A DNA stretch of 64,000 nucleotides from a virus. Its lineage: Duplodnaviria; Caudoviricetes. The stretch's first letter is position 1. Each line of letters starts with the position of its first letter. The stretch lies in IMG/VR virus record IMGVR_UViG_3300032030_000005, positions 32,001-96,000 of that record; one strand, 5' to 3'. The position numbers were made by a program, and so were the translations under genes. Below the pieces are notes generated by a model. The model ran no database searches and was not told the origin of the DNA. It saw only the letters and a list, made by a program, of their open reading frames with translations. This document shows positions 60,501 through 64,000 of this stretch, piece after piece.

Positions 60501-61690
60501 GTACTGGTAAGAATTTCTTTATTTAATACTTCTTTAATATTACCATCAGAAATTTCTTTATGATCAATTTTCTTTTCGTCATAATTCTTCTTGATATCTT
60601 TTAATGAGAAGTCATTGAACATCAGCTTGTCCTGTTGAATCAATAACTGTTCAGCAGTTTTCTTACGTTCCCCATCAAGTTTATCTTGTTGAGATTTGAT
60701 TAAAGAATCCTTGAAGTTTTTATCATTTAACATAACCTCTAACATCTGCTCTTCAGTCATATCTTCTGATGTATCAATCTTTTCTTCTACAACTTCTTCA
60801 ATCTTATTATCTAATTCAGACATATTGTCATCGTCTTCATTAACACCAAGATCATCTACAATCTTTTCCTTAAGGTTACTCTTAGCAACTTCTTTTTCAG
60901 TTTCTGTAGTATCTTCTTTAGCACTAACTTTTGATGCAAAACCACTTGAAGGTGCATTCTTATTTTCAGAAGATTCTTCATCTGCAATAATCTTACTTAC
61001 TTCTTCCGTACTAAGTAAAAGATGATTTACACGAATAATAAACTTCTGCTTATTAGTATAGAAATCTTCATCTACTGTAAGTTTAAAGTATGTTTTATTT
61101 TTAGCTGATACAAAAATAAAATTAATACCCATAAACTTTTCAAGAAACCAATCAGGTCTCTTTTTCATCATTGTCTGAAAATAATATAAAAAGCTTTCTT
61201 TATTTTCCGGATCCATACCATCAACATTAAATACAATAACTTTATGGCTGTATTTAAATTCATTATATTTTTTATACATTCCATCAAAGAAATCTTGCAT
61301 TTTTAATAGCTGAGATTTCTTGGAAGATTCCTGATTAATGAGTAAGTATGGGGTCATATCATAAAGTAAATTAGCATTTTTATATGATGTTATATTCTGT
61401 CTACATGTAAAATGATAATTAACCTTTTCCGAAAAATCTTTATAATGATTAGACTGATTTATTAAGTTTCTAATCTTTTTATTATCAGATACTAATAATT
61501 TTTCTCTATAATAATTTTTAAAATATGTAGGCATAAATATATTAGCATTAATAAATTCTATAAAATTTTCAGGAGAATTACCAACATGTAAAATAAGTTG
61601 ATTTTTATTTAGTTCTTTATTATTAGAATCTAAGCCTTTAATTTGTCTATTAAATAATCTATAATCAACTATTTTATCTAGTACTATCAT
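57512..61690 (-). CDS. Multisubunit RNA polymerase beta-like subunit (probably virion RNAP)
   Basis: YVNGNKKIIMKQ, TPEGNQVG, HADSPRISM, TLEDS, GVGDK and LSPLSINSRM motifs. Late-type promoter at 61714-61725. Confidence 0.9.
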   Translation of the reverse strand: MIVLDKIVDYRLFNRQIKGLDSNNKELNKNQLILHVGNSPENFIEFINANIFMPTYFKNYYREKLLVSDNKKIRNLINQSNHYKDFSEKVNYHFTCRQNITSYKNANLLYDMTPYLLINQESSKKSQLLKMQDFFDGMYKKYNEFKYSHKVIVFNVDGMDPENKESFLYYFQTMMKKRPDWFLEKFMGINFIFVSAKNKTYFKLTVDEDFYTNKQKFIIRVNHLLLSTEEVSKIIADEESSENKNAPSSGFASKVSAKEDTTETEKEVAKSNLKEKIVDDLGVNEDDDNMSELDNKIEEVVEEKIDTSEDMTEEQMLEVMLNDKNFKDSLIKSQQDKLDGERKKTAEQLLIQQDKLMFNDFSLKDIKKNYDEKKIDHKEISDGNIKEVLNKEILTSTLTDYDNSYMNKKFNQDMIKVFKAFNNDNDIGVYVNKIDLKPNNTDMNKQQLLEIEFKDDTGVAHKFKVNIPEIKDGKFMYVNGNKKIIMKQIVFMPIVKLEPDRVQITTNYNKHFITRFGQKFSEKLTYLKTLFTKHNLLKYKKQGVTFDYKLGNSIKNNGKYTVSSEYCDISTYLYSLDVENYKLIFDQQTVQNMLDINKPKYDEKLSVKATFDKKEYFMLGHTSDKKKLILSNIVDKKIYLYDGKNYENLDTTLSSWIITLINEVTTDKVKDLSSTKIKTNNKLTYSRMEINNKTLPIAVLLGYELGLLNLLERYNIEYTFEEKNKSINIQDDIGKIKFKDGYLYYDTSKIRNSMLLSGLLEMDCEEIVFADMNTKDPYIDYFGDAFNSRNAAKGFHNSISLLIDPITRDILEELNLPTNVYDVLLYANTLLEDISFTEPTDVNNFRIRGAEQVPAMMYKVLADAFKHYKDSKHAKNPVKITVDPDILTKKLMELKTIENYSSLNPSLELEKTGNASMKGLAGINVSEAYTKRVRGYNENMKGLISLNTPEGNQVGIVRQLTYDPKITNIYGFVDPSNKSGNGNTTQYDVSELLNPATTTHADSPRISMQSVQQKHIVSVLDQRPPIIGSGIEKTVPYMISDEFAFKAKEDGVVEKIDTKNKVAIIKYKSGKQDLIDLDIVECNNSNGGFFIGQEFEMLYNEGDKFVKGAILAKNPNFFKGDGKKDDITYCLGRLSKIAITSGDFTLEDSSMITETLSEAMATKVTMRKTKILDKNATVSYIAKEGQHIKTNEPLLVFENAFNDESINDILGKIGDEFVENIAEMAKNELKCKYTGVVTKINIYYTNEINEYSESLQNIIKSYINSKKTRKNLIEKYKGSGFDSLNAPIIDIQKEDKIKGEDLVDGVMFEFFIEYYQELGVGDKIIYGTALKTIVSRVLEKGEEPYSDYRQDEIIEGILSPLSINSRMTLDIFIMGYASKALIELKRQIKEMY

Positions 61691-61758
61691 CGAATCACCG
61701 CCTTAATAAAGTATAATTAAAAGTTTCAGATATACAAATTTATATTTAATTTTTAAAT

Positions 61759-61774
61759 ATATATTATTTATGTG
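61759..61774 (+). promoter_or_regulatory. Early-type phage promoter
   Basis: ATATATTAT-TTAT-GTG upstream of 61841. Confidence 0.7.
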
Positions 61775-61840
61775 TTGAAGTAATAAATTGCTTCACATAG
61801 TATACTATTTAATAATAAAAATAAGGAGGAAAATTAAATT

Positions 61841-62110
61841 ATGAATAGTTTACTAAAAACTTTTGCAGAAAAGCAAAAGATAGAAGTTCATGACAACGAA
61901 GAGTGTTATGAATTATTTGTAGGTGAAGACATAGACAATATTGAATTATTAAGTGAAAATTTAAAAAGTGTCTTTGCTTATGCAGTTACTTCTTCAGATG
62001 ACTCAAAATCGATAATGTTAATAGAGAATTCTGAAGATTCAGAGGACTTCTGTTATTGCATTATAAATAATGCAACAGGAGAAAAAAATTATTTTAATAA
62101 AAATATTTAA
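61841..62110 (+). CDS. Hypothetical acidic early protein
   Basis: AAGGAGG SD. Confidence 0.6.
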   Translation: MNSLLKTFAEKQKIEVHDNEECYELFVGEDIDNIELLSENLKSVFAYAVTSSDDSKSIMLIENSEDSEDFCYCIINNATGEKNYFNKNI

Positions 62111-63093
62111 TGGAGGAAAATGTGATGATAATCAAGAAGAACAAAAATGGAACAGTGAAGGCAGTTAAGAAGGTTGAAGAAACTGAAGAGGAAGAAGAAC
62201 TTCAGCAGACAACAGAAGATGTAACTGAAGAAGAATATGATTCTGAAGACAGTGTAGATATCACTGAAGATGAAACTTCAGATGAAGATGCTGAAGATAC
62301 AGAAACTGAAGAGGAAGAAGAAGCTTCAGAACCAGATGATGTAGAAGAGGAGGAACCTGAAGAGGAGGAAAAGCCTATAAAGAAGCCATCTAAGAAGTCA
62401 TCTAAGAAGGAAGATTCTTCAGATGAAGACGAGTATGAATTAGCAGAACCTGAAGAAGAACCTGAAGAGGAGGAGGAAGAAGACGAAAAAGCAACTTCTA
62501 CTCCATCAGAAAAGAAACACAAGTTCGAGATGGAAATGATTAAACCAGTTAAAGGTAAAAGAATGCACAAGGATTCTTATGCTACATCAAAGACTGGTTC
62601 AACTTCTCGTTTTAATAGAGAAGTAAATCTTCAGTGTTTGGTAAACTCTCTTAAAAAGCATGGATTTGAAGAAATTATCGAAAATTATTTCGGTAATCTT
62701 CCAGAAACTAAATGGCGAGTACTTGCCTCACAGATTCTCGATTCTGTAGAAGAGGCTATTCTCGATAGCCTGTTTAATGAAAGTACAGGATTTGGATTCA
62801 TGAACGGATCAATTCAGGCAACACTGGTAAAGGCTAAACTTTATCCAGCTATAAAAGAAGATATAAAATACGATACTCTTAAGAGAGAACACCATATCCT
62901 TACTCTCAAGGATGTTGAGTTTAACAAGAGATTCGGCCTTCTTTATAATAACGAAGGTTCAGGATCATCTGAGATGTCAGTAAAGGTTGAAAAGACTTCT
63001 AAGGGCTATAAAGCCATGTCAGACGCTCTCAACATTAAGAAGGGAGACCTCCTTAATGAAAAGGGTCAGAAGCTTGTTAAGAAGAGCAAGTAA
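62110..63093 (+). CDS. Protein with long acidic low-complexity N-terminus and possible HU/IHF-like domain
   Basis: About 115-aa D/E-rich tract, then ASQILDSVEEAILDSLFNESTGFGFMNGSIQATLVKAKLYP, resembling HU helix 2 and beta arm. Confidence 0.45.
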   Translation: MEENVMIIKKNKNGTVKAVKKVEETEEEEELQQTTEDVTEEEYDSEDSVDITEDETSDEDAEDTETEEEEEASEPDDVEEEEPEEEEKPIKKPSKKSSKKEDSSDEDEYELAEPEEEPEEEEEEDEKATSTPSEKKHKFEMEMIKPVKGKRMHKDSYATSKTGSTSRFNREVNLQCLVNSLKKHGFEEIIENYFGNLPETKWRVLASQILDSVEEAILDSLFNESTGFGFMNGSIQATLVKAKLYPAIKEDIKYDTLKREHHILTLKDVEFNKRFGLLYNNEGSGSSEMSVKVEKTSKGYKAMSDALNIKKGDLLNEKGQKLVKKSK

Positions 63094-63195
63094 TTCTCCT
63101 ATTGCTCTTTTATATAAATAGTATACTTTAAAAGGTGGAATCTCTGAATGTAACAGTTTAGAGATTCCATTTTTTTACGAAAGGATGTAGAGAAA

Positions 63196-63942
63196 ATGAT
63201 ATTTAATTACGAATCACCAGAACTCATAACAATTAACATTTTAGAATTAGTAAAAAGACAAAAAATAATTAATGACAAATTCCCTAATCCTAATAGGAAA
63301 TCAAAATACATAAATGTGTATGATAATATGGTGGGTCAAATATCTGAAGAGGTATTTGAGACAAAAGAAAGTATTACTAAAAATAAAGAAATGGCCCTTC
63401 CAGTTAAAGTACAAACAAATGATTCACTTGAAGAGTTTATTGATGTATTAATGTTCACAGGTAGTCTGTTAGTAGAAACAGCTACATATTTTGAAATTGA
63501 TATTATTGATTTCTTAAAGCATAATGATGATTATGCTTATATTCTTATTTATGATACTTATAAGGACAATGATTTTAAAGAGGAAAACAGAAATATACCA
63601 ACCTGTGAAAATCTGGTATATACAAGAAGACAGATTATTGATAGAAAGTATCATAAGCCAGCAAAAGAAAGACCGGAAAATTATGAGATAAATCTAATAA
63701 AATCTATAATTGTAGGAACATTCTTACCAAGAAAAAATGATAAAGACAATAATGAAGATATTTATGAAGAATTTAAGATTCCTGAATTTATTACAAACAT
63801 GAATCCATACATTCAGGATGTTTTATTCTGTTATGATGATGAGTTAAATTTCTCATTAGCACGTAAATATCTTATTGAAGATAGAATTAATTTATTAAAT
63901 GAATTATTCGAAAATAAAAATAAGAAAATAGCAAATCTTTAA
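63196..63942 (+). CDS. All-alpha NTP pyrophosphatase-like protein (MazG/dimeric dUTPase superfamily)
   Basis: ExxE...ExxD pattern: SEEVFE...LEEFID. Confidence 0.5.
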   Translation: MIFNYESPELITINILELVKRQKIINDKFPNPNRKSKYINVYDNMVGQISEEVFETKESITKNKEMALPVKVQTNDSLEEFIDVLMFTGSLLVETATYFEIDIIDFLKHNDDYAYILIYDTYKDNDFKEENRNIPTCENLVYTRRQIIDRKYHKPAKERPENYEINLIKSIIVGTFLPRKNDKDNNEDIYEEFKIPEFITNMNPYIQDVLFCYDDELNFSLARKYLIEDRINLLNELFENKNKKIANL

Positions 63943-64000
63943 TTTTATATGTACCGTAAGACTAATATAGTCTTACGGTATTTTTTTTTTATAAATTATG

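Larger units (their letters stand above)
6158..63980. repeat. Dispersed family of related terminator hairpins, stem CC(C/T)TAA(A)G...CTT(T)AGGG
   Basis: Copies at about 6158, 7514, 21101, 31449, 34056, 35113, 39277, 43588, 53998 and 57476. Variants at 10771, 13719, 36428, 40983, 41654 and 63953. Confidence 0.8.

Noticed and set aside
70-62570. Short track ORFs antisense to or nested in long genes (e.g. 70-318, 3610-3816, 12656-12937, 44286-44648, 58275-58628, 60696-61025, 62202-62570)
   Set aside because: Shadow frames of real genes or RNAs, without SD or promoter support.
1-64000. Stop-codon reassignment as in some gut jumbo phages
   Set aside because: Conserved genes are full length in the standard code, and TGA and TAG both end plausible genes.

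Overview
A very AT-rich 64-kb segment of a contractile-tailed jumbo phage resembling the AR9/PBS1/phiKZ group. Shine-Dalgarno usage suggests a Firmicutes host (inference). Virion genes include a >1477-aa tail sheath running off the left edge (absent from the ORF track), gp25-, gp6-, gp26-, gp13- and gp5-OB-like proteins and a tube-fold protein. Other genes: two pieces of a multisubunit RNA polymerase (beta and a beta-prime C-terminal fragment), a GroEL-like chaperonin, RusA, a Dda/RecD-like helicase, gyrB, and gyrA split by a group I intron carrying a LAGLIDADG endonuclease. Two phage promoter classes are readable from the DNA: early-type ATATATTAT-N4-RTG and AR9-late-type AAC[A/T]-N6-TA. Most novel observations: (i) nine largely unrelated accessory proteins, three of them LRR proteins, share a ~30-aa C-terminal module; (ii) five structured non-coding transcription units sit behind early-type promoters; (iii) a predicted -1 frameshift extends the gp26-like protein; (iv) a late protein family carries an EGYYDA motif and a Gly/Ala hydrophobic segment. 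All homology calls come from motif recognition by eye, not database searches.
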